A stretch of 64,000 bases of DNA, taken from assembly GCA_964016885.1 (NCBI GenBank), contig OZ024742.1, positions 360,716,001-360,780,000 on the forward strand. The letters are read 5' to 3'. Below the pieces are notes generated by a model. The model was not told where the DNA came from. It was given only the letters and a program-made list of their open reading frames with translations, and did no database searches. A program made the position numbers and the translations under genes. This document shows positions 1 through 11,141 of this stretch, piece after piece. Numbering within the stretch: the stretch's first letter is position 1; each line of letters starts with the position of its first letter. Source of the DNA: Eledone cirrhosa. Taxonomy: Eukaryota.

Positions 1-1445
1 CTACACACCATCTCTGAGACCTCACCAATGCCATCATCTCTAACACCCCTCGCCCCACACACACCATCTCTGAGACCCCACCAATGCCATCATCTCTAAC
101 ACCCCTCCCCTCTACACACCATCTCTGAGACCTCACCAATGCCATCATCTCTAACACCCCTCGCCCCACACACACCATCTCTGAGACCCCACCAATGCCA
201 TCATCTGTAACACCTCTCCCCCCACACACCATCTCTGAGACCCCACCAATGCCATCATCTCTAACACCCCTCCCCCCACACACCCATCTCCATGCCCCCC
301 CCCACACCATCCCTGAGACCCCACCAATCCCATCATCTCTAACACCCCTCGCCCCACACACACCATCTCTGAGACCCCACCAATGCCAGCATCTCTACCC
401 CCCCCCAAACCATCTCTGAGACCCCACCAATGCCATCATCTCTAACCCCCCCCCACACCATCTCTAACACCCCCCACACCATCTCTGAGACCCCACCAAT
501 GCCATCATCTCTAACACCCCCACCCACACACCATCTCTGAGACCCCACCAATGCCATCATCTCTAACACTCCACCCCCCACACACACCACCTCTGAGACC
601 CCACCAATGCCAGCATCTCTAACACCCCCCGCCTCCACACACCATCTCTGAGACCCCACCAATGCCATCATCTCTAACACCCCTCCCCTCTACACACCAT
701 CTCTGAGACCTCACCAATGCCATCATCTCTAACACCCCTCGCCCCACACACACCATCTCTGAGACCCCACCAATGCCATCATCTCTAACACCCCTCCCCT
801 CTACACACCATCTCTGAGACCTCACCAATGCCATCATCTCTAACACCCCTCGCCCCACACACACCATCTCTGAGACCCCACCAATGCCATCATCTGTAAC
901 ACCTCTCCCCCCACACACCATCTCTGAGACCCCACCAATGCCATCATCTCTAACACCCCCCCCCCCATCTCCACCCCCCCCCCCCCCAACATCCCTGAGA
1001 CCCCACCAATCCCATCATCTCTAACACCCCTCGCCCCACACACACCATCTCTGAGACCCCACCAATGCCAGCATCTCTACCCCCCCCCCCAAACCATCTC
1101 TGAGACCCCACCAATGCCATCATCTCTAACCCCCCCCCCCCACACCATCTCTAACACCCCCCACACCATCTCTGAGACCCCACCAATGCCATCATCTCTA
1201 ACACCCCCACCCACACACCATCTCTGAGACCCCACCAATGCCATCATCTCTAACCCCCCCCCCCCACACCATCTCTAGCACCCCCCACACCATCTCTGAG
1301 ACCCCACCTATGCCATCATCTCTAACACCGCTCCCCCCACACAACATCTCTGATACCCCACCAATGCCATCATCTCTAACACCTCTTCCCCCACACACCA
1401 TCTCTGAGACCCCACCAACGCTATCATCACAAACCCCCCCCCCCC
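1..1445. repeat. C-rich minisatellite, ~52-57 bp unit, with ~689-bp higher-order duplication (begins before window)
   Basis: Core cacaccatctctgagaccccaccaatgccatcatctctaacaccc is repeated with variable C/CA linkers. Variant markers recur at +689 (ctacacacca at 1/690 and 112/801; catctgtaa at ~202/~891). Confidence 0.95.
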
Positions 1446-1577
1446 ACTCCTATGTTACTGCCATCCTAAATATATCCACCACTGAGCTTCTTTATAGACT
1501 TGTTTTCTTCATTGGACATCATCTGACAGACAACTCTTGTTTACTAGCTATCTCTCTCATATATATATAATATATAC

Positions 1578-2081
1578 AGAATAAAAAGAAAACACACCTC
1601 AGACTCACAAATGAAAACAACCCCTCCCCAAAACATGACACTAACACCAACACAAAAGAGCTCACAACAACAGCAAACAAAAAACACCAAACAAAAACAT
1701 GCATACACATACATAAACACAAGAAACAAAAAACTGTTAAACATTGTGTACAACAACAATCTAATAAAAACACAAGGGCCTAACTTCACCCAGGCAGGGG
1801 ATTTCCCCCACCTCAAAATGATTAAGGCCCCACAGGACACCTATAAAACTTTAAAAAACAATTTTAAAGAGGACGTGGGTCCCCCCTGCGTCGGGCCCAT
1901 TAACCGCGTCCTCCTAAAAAACTACCCCACCCCCTCCCCAAACACCCACACAACTCCAAGCTCCCCAACCACACAACACACTGATGCCCCTACACTTCCA
2001 CAAACCACCACCCCACCCAACAACCCATCCCCCACCCTAATGGAAATTGTGCAGCCCGATACCCGGGACGCTGAGAGGTAA
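1578..2081 (+). CDS. Probable C-terminal remnant of Tx1 ORF1 (low-complexity, K/T/P/Q-rich)
   Basis: The frame is open from the TA tract (RIKRKHTSDSQMKTTPP...) to TAA 2079-2081, 24 nt before the ORF2 ATG. This fits the two-ORF L1/Tx1 layout, but no recognisable domain is visible. Confidence 0.5.
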   Translation, partial: RIKRKHTSDSQMKTTPPQNMTLTPTQKSSQQQQTKNTKQKHAYTYINTRNKKLLNIVYNNNLIKTQGPNFTQAGDFPHLKMIKAPQDTYKTLKNNFKEDVGPPCVGPINRVLLKNYPTPSPNTHTTPSSPTTQHTDAPTLPQTTTPPNNPSPTLMEIVQPDTRDAER

Positions 2082-2105
2082 GTGCCTTTTCTCTTCACCA
2101 CCAAC

Positions 2106-2310
2106 ATGGCTATGCTAAGAGTAGGCTGTTTAAATGCGCGTGGCCTGGGCTCAACTTGGAAGCAAGCAATGCTTCTAAATGACCTCAGGTCACAACGTAT
2201 AGATGTGATGGTTATTTGCGAGGCCCGGATCAGCAACATGCGACAGCTGGCCCCCACCTTTGATGACTTTGAGATGCACGCATCTCTCTGTCAGCCTGGA
2301 GGTGGGGTGG
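2106..2310 (+). CDS. Tx1 ORF2 N-terminus (AP endonuclease start), separated from the main ORF by a 1-nt frameshift
   Basis: MAMLRVGCLNARGL...DVMVICE is the APE N-terminal motif. It joins GVVVLLQKHLGLATQMVHLDPEGR if one G is added in ggtggggtgga (2301-2311). Confidence 0.85.
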
Positions 2311-2353
2311 AGTTGTCGTTCTGCTGCAAAAACATCTGGGTCTCGCAACACAG

Positions 2354-5300
2354 ATGGTACATTTGGACCCGGAGGGTCGACTAGTGGTTCTGGACCTTGG
2401 CAGTGGTAAAGGCGGAGCGTTTAGGTTGGTAGCCGCCTACGGCCCTTTCGGGTCAATGCGGCCGGACTTCTTCCATCGTCTGGAGACTTTTCTAGGGACG
2501 TCCCGCTCCTTGCTATTAGTGGGGGACTGGAATGGTATCCTAGATGCACGCTGGGACTACGTAGGGGCCTGCCCCAATAGAGAGGGGTGTAATAGCCTCA
2601 AAGGGTTAATCGGGCGATTTGACCTGGCCGATAGATATCGACTAGATTTTCCGACTGCGCCAACCTGGACTTGGGAGAATCGTAGTGGATCATCTAGGTC
2701 GTACCTAGATAGGTTCTTAGTTAGAATTAAGGATAAGGACTTTTTAAGTTGTCCAAAAATGCGCATGGTTGGCTATTCAGACCACAAATTAGTGACCTGC
2801 ATGGTCAACCTTGACAGAACTCATAGACAGGGACCTGGTTACTGGAAGCTCAACTTGTCCTTACCGGCAAGTAAGGCTTACAGGAACCGGATTAGCACTT
2901 TAGTTAAGGAGCGGTTGACGGGCGCCATCGTCAACAGCAGGTGGTGGGGAGCTCTCAAAAGAGAGATTAGAGTAGTCTCTATAGAATTTAGTAAGGAGTT
3001 AGCCTCAAATAGAAATAGGAAGGACAGGGAGTTGGTAGATAGTGTAGAAGAGGCAATTAGAAGCGGCGACGTGGCCAGAGTGCTAGCGTCGAGAACGGCC
3101 CTGGGCCAGTTCTTCGACGCGAAGCACGAAGGCTGCATCGTCCGAAGCAAAATATGTGCTCTGGGAAACGAGGGGACCAAAGCTGTTAGCTGGGCCCGCG
3201 TGACAGAAGCCAAAAGAGGGAGCAGATCCACTATCCGGTCTTTGCGAGACCAGGATGGACGGGTGATCCTTGAACCTAAGCAGATGTGCAAGGCTTTTCA
3301 AAAGCACTTTGCTGGATTGTTCGGAAGGGGCGGGGGGCCGGTTGGGGACGTGGACTTCGGTCCATACCTCGACGGCCTGCCGCGTCTCTCGGACAGGGAG
3401 GCGAAGTCCTGCGAGGAGCCGATTTCAGCCGCTGAGATAGAGGACGTGCTGAGCCAATGCGGCAAACGCAAATCCCCGGGTCTCGATGGTCTTCCATACG
3501 AACTATATCTAGCTATGCCGGACTTGTTCCCCGAACTCCTCGAGGCGGTCTACTGCAACTGGCAACAGAACGGGAGAATTCCCTGTGCTGTGACCAAGGG
3601 CGTAGTCACGCTAGTGAGGAAGGACGAGAACAAGGGGGACGATATAAATAATTTGAGGCCCATAACTCTGCTAAATACAGAGTTACAGATTTTGGCCAAG
3701 GTGCTAGCAAAGAGGTTGGCGCTTGTCGTGGGCAACCTGGTGGGAGATGCGCAGACATGTGCTATCCCGTCCAGGTCCATCCACGATAACCTCCACCTCA
3801 TGCGATACATCATAGAGAGGGTTGGGAACGAACCCGGCTTTGGTGGGGCCCTGATCAACTTGGATCAATCTAAGGCATTCGATAGGGTCGACCATGGTTA
3901 CCTGGATGCGGTGCTAGCGGCGGCAGGCTTCGGACCCGTTTTCAGGGGCTGGATCAATGCCATGCACAGCAGCCGCATCTGCTCTAGGGTCAAGGTGAAC
4001 GGCTACCTCTCGGAACCGTTCGAAATCGCACGGTCCATCCGACAGGGGTGCCCTCTCTCCTCCCTTCTGTATGTAATGACTCTAGAGCCACTGCTGCGGA
4101 AGTTGGAGTTGTTGCAGGGCATCCCGTTGGAACCGGGATTGCGGAAAGCGATGTCAGCCTACGCCGATGACGTAACAGTAATGGTGTCGACGGCCTCGGA
4201 AATCAGGACGATCGGCACCTTACTGGAGGAGTACGAAAGGTTTACAGGGGCTAAGCTGAACCGGGACAAGTCGATCGGTCTGCAACTCGGCACATGGAGG
4301 GGCAGATCGATGCCCTCCGATGGCGTCGTCGGGCGCTGGACGGAGGGCCCGGTGAAGTTGCTCGGGGTCTGGTTCGGACCAGACCTCCAGGTGGAGAAGA
4401 ACTGGGGTGAGGTGACGAACAGGGTGTTTGCACTGACCCAGAAGTGGGCCGAGTGCAAACTGTCCCTGAAAGGACGGGCGGAGGTGGCGAACACTTATAT
4501 AGCGTCCGTCATCTACTACCGCCTGACCGTTGTGCCTTGCCCAAGGGAAACGCTCGCCAAAATGGAGCGCGCACTCTTCCAATTCCTTTGGAAGAAGCGG
4601 GCTCCTATGGTGAGGAGATCCATCTGCTGTCAACACCCTTCGAAAGGAGGGCTGGGGATGCCGTGGCTAATGATACGTAAACACGCATTAAGGCTACGGC
4701 ACCTTCAGGTATTCCTCTCCGGTCAACCGGTGTGGGCCCCGTTTGTGAGGCGAGCCTTTCCCAGACTCGTCTCACTCACCGAGCTGCAATCCTGGGTCAA
4801 GCAAAGACCAAGAAAACTGGGCGCCTGGCACACCGAGTGTGCCCAGGCACTCACAGCTCTCTGGCAGGTGGACCTGGCTGTCAGTGGAGAATCCACCTCG
4901 TCATTCTATAGAGGGCTGGTGGTTAGCAGGTGCGACGACGCCCTCGGAGAAGCCCTAGGCATGGAGGAAGACGAACTGGCCAACCTGTTCAGTAGGACAT
5001 TCAGCCCGGGACCCATGGATAACTTCCAGAGGTCCCTGGTCTGGCAATGCTACAGAAGGGCTCTGCCCGTTCGAGAAAGGCTCTACAGACACGGGCGCCC
5101 GGGTAGGGACCCATCGAAAAAGATCTGTCCCAGATGCGTGTGTGACGAGGAAACCGTTGCACACGCATTGGTACACTGCTCGGGCATTGCCGATCTGTGG
5201 GGTTATGTCGAACAACTGCTGTCAAGGGTGGGACCAATCTGGTTGACCACCGAGTCTATTGTAACGATCAAGCCGCCTCCCCTCTTCAAAAACGAAGGAG

Positions 5301-5542
5301 AGGCGGTGTTTCTGTGCATAATAGCCATGGCGAAAGAGGTTGTATGGTGGACGCGTCTGAAAGGACTGAGGTCAGACACCTTTCTCTCTGGCCAACAACT
5401 GGTCCGTTTCTTCCGATATCATTTCGGAAGAAGGATCAGGATGGAGAGAGAGGTGCTGCACCCCAGCCGTTTCTATGAAAGATGGGTGAAAGTGGCGAGA
5501 ATGGCCCGTGTGAATGGGCCTTCACTCTACATTAGACTATAG
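2354..5542 (+). CDS. Tx1/L1 ORF2 polyprotein: AP endonuclease + reverse transcriptase + C-terminal CCHC zinc knuckle
   Basis: APE motifs DPEGR, GDWN, SYLD, SDH. RT motifs KSPGLDGLPYE, RPITLLN, LDQSKAFDRVDH, QGCPLS, YADD. Also GGLG and CPRC-x8-H-x4-C. 1062 aa uninterrupted. Confidence 0.95.
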   Translation: MVHLDPEGRLVVLDLGSGKGGAFRLVAAYGPFGSMRPDFFHRLETFLGTSRSLLLVGDWNGILDARWDYVGACPNREGCNSLKGLIGRFDLADRYRLDFPTAPTWTWENRSGSSRSYLDRFLVRIKDKDFLSCPKMRMVGYSDHKLVTCMVNLDRTHRQGPGYWKLNLSLPASKAYRNRISTLVKERLTGAIVNSRWWGALKREIRVVSIEFSKELASNRNRKDRELVDSVEEAIRSGDVARVLASRTALGQFFDAKHEGCIVRSKICALGNEGTKAVSWARVTEAKRGSRSTIRSLRDQDGRVILEPKQMCKAFQKHFAGLFGRGGGPVGDVDFGPYLDGLPRLSDREAKSCEEPISAAEIEDVLSQCGKRKSPGLDGLPYELYLAMPDLFPELLEAVYCNWQQNGRIPCAVTKGVVTLVRKDENKGDDINNLRPITLLNTELQILAKVLAKRLALVVGNLVGDAQTCAIPSRSIHDNLHLMRYIIERVGNEPGFGGALINLDQSKAFDRVDHGYLDAVLAAAGFGPVFRGWINAMHSSRICSRVKVNGYLSEPFEIARSIRQGCPLSSLLYVMTLEPLLRKLELLQGIPLEPGLRKAMSAYADDVTVMVSTASEIRTIGTLLEEYERFTGAKLNRDKSIGLQLGTWRGRSMPSDGVVGRWTEGPVKLLGVWFGPDLQVEKNWGEVTNRVFALTQKWAECKLSLKGRAEVANTYIASVIYYRLTVVPCPRETLAKMERALFQFLWKKRAPMVRRSICCQHPSKGGLGMPWLMIRKHALRLRHLQVFLSGQPVWAPFVRRAFPRLVSLTELQSWVKQRPRKLGAWHTECAQALTALWQVDLAVSGESTSSFYRGLVVSRCDDALGEALGMEEDELANLFSRTFSPGPMDNFQRSLVWQCYRRALPVRERLYRHGRPGRDPSKKICPRCVCDEETVAHALVHCSGIADLWGYVEQLLSRVGPIWLTTESIVTIKPPPLFKNEGEAVFLCIIAMAKEVVWWTRLKGLRSDTFLSGQQLVRFFRYHFGRRIRMEREVLHPSRFYERWVKVARMARVNGPSLYIRL

Positions 5543-5803
5543 GTGAGGAAGATGAAAGACCAAGGGAGCACCCCTTCTCTGTGCTCCTGAGGAGAAGGGT
5601 TGCACACTTTTTTCGGGGGTGTGTGTGACCCCCCAAGGCGCCTCCTCTCTATTGAGGACTTTGTTATAAATTTTATTTTTTGTTATATTTTATTTTATTT
5701 TTATATATTGTTATTGCCTCCTCCTTATTGAGGACGCCTTGTTTTGTAAACTCCCCCATTGTACTTGTCCCACTTTTGATGCCCTGGTGGCAAATAAAAG
5801 AAA

Positions 5804-5830
5804 CATATATATATCATATATACATATGTG

Positions 5831-5861
<31 letters not shown>

Positions 5862-5896
5862 ATATATATATATATATGTGTGTGTGTGTATATATA

Positions 5897-5934
<38 letters not shown>

Positions 5935-6268
5935 TGTGTTAATGTGTGTATATATATGTGTGTGTGTATATATATATGTGTATATATATGTGTGTGTATA
6001 TATATGTGTGTGTATATATATATGTGTGTATATATATGTGTGTGTATATATATGTGTATATATGTGTGTATATATATATGTGTATATATATGTGTGTGTG
6101 TGTATATATATATATGTGTGTGTATATATATGTGTATATATGTGTATATATATGTGTATATGTATATGTGCGTGTATGTGTGTGTGTGTGTATATATATA
6201 TATATGTGTACGTATGTATGCATATGTGTGTGTGTGTGTGTATGTATGCGTGTGTGTGTGTATATATA
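5804..6268. repeat. Compound (TA)n/(TG)n microsatellite
   Basis: Alternating tatata/tgtgtg runs. Confidence 0.95.
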
Positions 6269-6291
6269 GCAACAATTGCCCAGCTCTAAAC

Positions 6292-6673
6292 ATGATGGTG
6301 GTGATGAAGGTGGTGAAGATGATGGTGATGATGGTGATAACAGTGGTAGTGATAATAGTGGTGGTGATAATAGTGGTAGTGATAATGGTGGTGGTGGTGA
6401 TAACAGTGGTAATGATAATGGTGGTGGTGATAATGGCAGTGGTGATGGTGGTGGTGGTGGTGATAACAGTGGTGGTGATAATGGTGGTGGTGGTGGTGAT
6501 AATGGCGGTGGTGGTGGTGGTGGTGATAACAGTGGTGGTGATAATGGTGGTGGTGATAATGGCGGTGGTGGTGATAAAAGTGGTGGTGGTGAGGACAGTG
6601 GTGGTGATAATGGTGGTGGTGGTGGTGATAACAATGGTGGTGGTGGTGATAATGGTGGTGGTGGTGGTGATAG
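6292..6673. repeat. (GGT)n/GAT-AAT trinucleotide-derived low-complexity repeat
   Basis: ggtggtgataat / gataacagtggt units. Confidence 0.9.
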
Positions 6674-7127
6674 TTGAGAAATATTTGTCTTGTGAATAAC
6701 ACTGCCAGATGAAATATATTTATGGATGCGTATATGCGTGTGTGTTTATCTATGTGCGTGTATGAATGAATGTGTGTACGTGTGTACACATGTATGTATG
6801 AATGTACGTGTGTATACATGTGTGTATGTATGAATGGATGTGTGTATGTCTCTGCAATACTATATATACATTCATATATATAGTGGCGTGATACTTCCGA
6901 AGAGAAAAATCTAGAAATATATGTATAAAAAGAACACACTTATACACACACATACACACACACAGCCTAACATAGCCATGTGTGAATGCAGATGTAAAAC
7001 TAAAGGCAGCCCAGCTTTGAAGCATGTTGATAACACGACTATGACTAATTGTTTAAGATGTTTTTGTTGAGTTTTTCAAGTAAACAAATTATTTTTGGTA
7101 TTGTTATTGAATTCTAAAACTGTGTCT

Positions 7128-7168
7128 GTAGTCATGGCTAAGTGGTTAAGAGGTTTTGATTTACAATC
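7128..7168 (+). mobile_element. 5' head (A-box) of a tRNA-derived SINE interrupted by the RTE element
   Basis: tggctaagtggttaagagg...ttacaatc. The B-box half resumes at ~10447. Confidence 0.6.
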
Positions 7169-10100
7169 GTAGAGATGCTAGAGTGAAAGGAAATTGATGT
7201 ATGCTGTGTGCAAGAGACTAGATGGAGAGGAGAGTCTGCTAGAGTCCTTGTAGGAAAAAGTCGATGCTACAAATTTTTCTGGGTGGGAAATGATGGGATG
7301 GGTGGTGTAGGTATACTACTAGCTGACAAGTGGGTAGATAAAGTAATCTCAGTGTACAGGGTAAATGCAAGAATCAATAAACTCAGACTAGTCCTGAATA
7401 AAACAATTACCACAATAATATCAGCTTACGCACCCCAATCGGGGTTGCCAGACGAACTTAAGGATAGATTTTACGAGACCCTAATGCACACTACTGCTCT
7501 AACAGACGACAATGACTTCCTAATCATCGCAGGAGATTTTAACGGACACGTAGGTAAACACTGTGACGGCTTCAATAGAGTCCATGGAGGCCATGGGGTT
7601 GGCACAAGAAATGAAGAAGGATTCAGACTTCTAGAATTCTGCGACGCCAATGACATGTCGATATGTAACACAAACTTCAAAAAACCGACAACCACCTGAT
7701 CACCTATAGATCAGGGGAGCATTCTAGTAAGATAAATTTTATCCTCATCAGAGGACGTGACAGAAGGACGGTCGTAAACACAAAAGCCATCCCTAGTGAG
7801 GAATGTACCTCCCAACATAGCTTAGTTGTCAGCGACCTCACAGTCAGAACTAGACGAACCTGGAAACAGAGGCCAACCTGGAGAAGAAAGATCTGGAAGC
7901 TGAAAGACCCCTCAGCCAGTAACAGATTTAAAGATATTTTAATCAACGCCTACGACAGTAAAGAAGAACCGATAGAGACATTCAATGTAGAAGAGCACTG
8001 GGAGTTCCTAAAAAAATAACTTACTAGAGGCGACAGATGAGGTCTGTGGCTGGAGTAAGACAACAAGCAGGAGGAGAGTGACTTGGTGGTGGAACAATAA
8101 GGTAGATGAGGCAGTTAAGGTTAAGAGACAGGCATGGAAAGAATGGAAGAACAGGGGGAGCAGGGTACATTACATAGAGACCAAGAGGGAAGCTAGGCGA
8201 CAAGTATACTTAGCTAGGAAGGAAGCAAAGGATAGAAAATTCAAGCATGTTTTGCAACGTGAGGACCAGAAACAGGCGGTGTTCAAGATTGCGAGGCAGT
8301 GTGTCAGAGAGAATTGTGATGTCATTGGAGAGAAGTGTATCCGGAATGATAAAGGTGAGCTTGCCCTCACAAGTGCTGAGAAGAAAAATGCATGGAAGAG
8401 TCATTATGATAGATTACTAAATGAGGAGAATGCATGGGAAGAAGAGACCCTACCCCAAGTAGACCCTATAGAGAGGCCAGCAGTACAAATCAGCAGCAGC
8501 GTAGTAAGTAAGGCAATCAAAGATATGAAGATGGGGAAGGCAACCGGTCTATCGGGTATAGCTGCTGAGATGCTGAAGGCATCTGGGTCTGTAGGTCACA
8601 CTATAACCACACGTATTGTTAACCAGGTAATACTAGAAGGTGTCATACCAAAAGATTGGTGCAGTAGCATCATTGTCAACTGCTACAAAGGTAAAGGTGA
8701 TGCATTCGATAGAGGAAACTATAGAGGTATAAAGCTGATGGACCAGGTCATGAAAGTAACAGAAAGAGTTATAGCACAGTTGATTAGGGACCGGGTGAAA
8801 CTAGATGAGATGCAATTTGGGTTTGTACCAGGAAGAGGCACCACTGATGCCCTCTTCCTTGTGAGGCAGTTACAGGAAAAGTACCTAGCTAAAAGTAAGC
8901 CACTCTACCTGGCATTCGTCGATCTCGAGAAAGCCTTTGACAGAGTTCCACGTGCTGTAATCTGGTGGGCTCTTAGAAAACTAGGAGTAGATGAATGGCT
9001 TGTGAAAGCTGTACAAGCCATGTATAGGGGAGCAGTCAGCAAAGTTAGGATTAGTAATGAGTATAGCGAGGAATTTAGCGTACAGGTTGGGGTCCACCAG
9101 GGCTCTGTTCTTAGCCCCCTCCTGTTCATCATAGTCCTGCAGGCAATAACGGAGGAGTTTAAGACCGGATGCCCATGGGAACTCCTGTATGCTGATGACC
9201 TCGCACTTATAGCTGAATCTATGGTAGAACTAGAGAAGAAATTCCAAACTTGGAAGCAGGGACTAGAAAGAAAGGGTCTCAAAGTCAACATGACAAAGAC
9301 TAAGGTCCTTTAAGTAGACGAGAAAACAGAACCCAGATCCCTCAGGGGAATGGCCTTGCTCAGTATGTAGGAAAGGTGTAGGTAGGAACTCCATTCTCTG
9401 CCCCAAATGTAAACAATGGGTACACAAGAGATGTAGCGGGATCTCAGGAAGCTTAATTAAGAATGTAGGCTTCACATGCAGCAGCTGTACTGGGACAGCA
9501 AGCAGCAAACAGCCACAGGAAACAAGTACCACCAATTTCTGGGAGGGCTCTGTAGACAGTAGACAGCTTCTGCTACCTAGGTGACCGAATTAGCAGCGGA
9601 GGTGGATGTTCAGAAAGTACAATAACTAGGGTAAGAACGGGATGGAAGAAGTTCAGGGAACTACTACCACTGCTAGCTGCAAAAGGCTTCTCCCTCAAAA
9701 GGAAAGGCAGACTGTATGATGCGTGTATCTGAACAGCAATGTTACATGGTAGTGAGACCTGGGCGCTGAAGGTGGAAGACTTACGTAGATTAGAGAGAAA
9801 CGAAGCCTGCATACTCTGATGGATGTGTAATAGTAATATACGTGAACGACAAAGCATAAATGAATTGAGAGAGAGACTGAACATAAGAGGAATCAAATGC
9901 TGTGTGCAGGAGAGGCAGTTGCGCTGGTATGGACATGTGATGCGTATGAAGGATGACAGCTGCATAAAAAGGTGCAGAGCACTAGAAGTTGATGGAAACT
10001 GCGGAGTGGGGAGACCCAAGATGACCTGGGATGAGGTGATAAAGGCCGACTTTACCCAGTTACACCTCTCAAAGGCGATGACACACGACCGTAACCACTG

Positions 10101-10450
10101 GCGTCACGCAGTAATACAGAGTACCCGACCTCCCATGAGTACAAGCTGAAGCATATAGACACTATGCCCCCACACCCTCCACTGCAAGGTGGTCGTGGAG
10201 GTGCCACGGCAAAAAAGCACCCAGCCCACACTGTAAAGTGGACGTGTAGGCGCCACGAAAAAGCACCCAGCACTCACTGTAAATGAGGTTGGTGTTAGGA
10301 AGGGCATCCAACTGTAGAAATCAAGCCAAATCAGTTCCTGTATGAGCAAGGCATGGTCAGCTGACCAGACACTGCCCACAACAGGACAACCCGTCTAACC
10401 CATGCTAGCGTGGAAGAACGGACGTAAAACGGTGATGATGATGATGATGA
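7166..10450 (+). mobile_element. RTE-clade LINE, near full-length, decayed
   Basis: APE (VQETRW, SAYAPQ, GDFNGHVG), RT, PHD-like finger and C-terminal RWYGHVMRM...GRPK..W, then a 3'UTR ending aacccatgctagcgtggaa...(GAT)n. Confidence 0.93.
7208..10149 (+). pseudogene. RTE ORF (APE-RT-PHD) broken by frameshifts and stops; largest piece 8078-9313 is the RT
   Basis: YRGIKL, QFGFVPGRGTTDA, FVDLEKAFDRVP, GVHQGSVLSPLLF, YADD. Frameshifts at about 7690, 8010, 9310 and 9550; TGA stops at about 9730 and 9817. Confidence 0.9.
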
Positions 10451-10532
10451 AACTTATGGGTTCAAGTCCACTAGAAGGAATCTTGTACAGGTTTCATTAC
10501 CATCAATCCCAAGTTAACCCAAGCCTTGTGAA
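10447..10532 (+). mobile_element. 3' continuation of the SINE split by RTE (B-box and body)
   Basis: atgggttcaagtccact...aacccaagccttgtgaat resembles the cephalopod SINE body. Confidence 0.55.
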
Positions 10533-10595
10533 TATGGCCTAGTGGTAAGGATGTTGGACTTATAACAATGTCTTTCAATCCAGTTGTCTTCACCA

Positions 10596-10742
10596 TCTAT
10601 CTATCTATCTATCCATCTATTCATCCATCTATCTGTCTCTCTATCTATCTATCTGACTATGCAAAATCCCTGGCATGTGTCTTTGTATTCTCCCCTTGTG
10701 CGCCCTTGTGGCAAATAAAGAAATCTATCTATCTATTCATCT
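10596..10742 (+). mobile_element. (TCTA)n tract containing a ~65-bp Tx1 3'-end remnant (10658-10723)
   Basis: gtctttgtattctccccttgtgcgcccttgtggcaaataaagaa matches the 3' end at 11095-11141 and resembles 5760-5803. tctatcta lies on both sides. Confidence 0.75.
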
Positions 10743-11141
10743 ACCTTTCTCTCCGGACAACAACTCATTCCCTTCTTTAGGTACCACTTTAGAAGGAGAA
10801 TCTGAGTCGAGAGAGAGGCACTGCACCCCAGTAAATTTACTGAAAGGTGGGTGAATGTGGCGAGAATGGCCCGAGGGATTGGGCTTTCTTTGTATATAAA
10901 CCTGTAGGTTGAAGAAGAGAGCGAAAAGAGGAAAAGAGCACTTGCACAGCATGCTTCTGGAGTTGAGAGTTGTTCTCTCTACAGGGTATAAAGCAACCCG
11001 TTTGTAATGCCTCCCCCCTATTGGGGATTTCGATTGCTATATTTTTTTGTTAAAACTTTTTTTATATGACTGTATGTAAAATCCCCGCCATATGTCTTTG
11101 TATTGTCCCCTTTTCTTGTGCGCCCTTGTGGCAAATAAAGA
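10743..11141 (+). mobile_element. 5'-truncated Tx1 copy (related subfamily): ORF2 C-terminus + 3'UTR
   Basis: Translates as TFLSGQQLIPFFRYHFRRRI*VEREALHPSKFTERWVNVARMAR..LYINL*, homologous to the ORF2 end at 5378-5542. Followed by (TCTA)n. Confidence 0.88.

Larger units (their letters stand above)
1578..5803 (+). mobile_element. Tx1/L1-clade non-LTR retrotransposon, 5'-truncated in ORF1, ORF2 essentially intact
   Basis: ORF1 tail, then APE-RT-CCHC ORF2, then a ~260-bp 3'UTR ending gcaaataaaagaaac. TA-rich microsatellite lies on both sides (1558-1577 and 5804 onward). Confidence 0.92.

Noticed and set aside
1-1445. CRISPR-like repeat-spacer array
   Set aside because: The 'spacers' are short poly-C/CA variants that recur, there are no cas genes, and the context is eukaryotic.
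2557-5478. Short antisense or alternate-frame ORFs inside Tx1 ORF2 (and likewise inside the RTE)
   Set aside because: They are shadow ORFs of GC-rich coding sequence with no motifs.
5680-6939. His-, Gly/Asp-, Val- and Tyr/Ile/Cys-rich ORFs
   Set aside because: These are translations of microsatellites.
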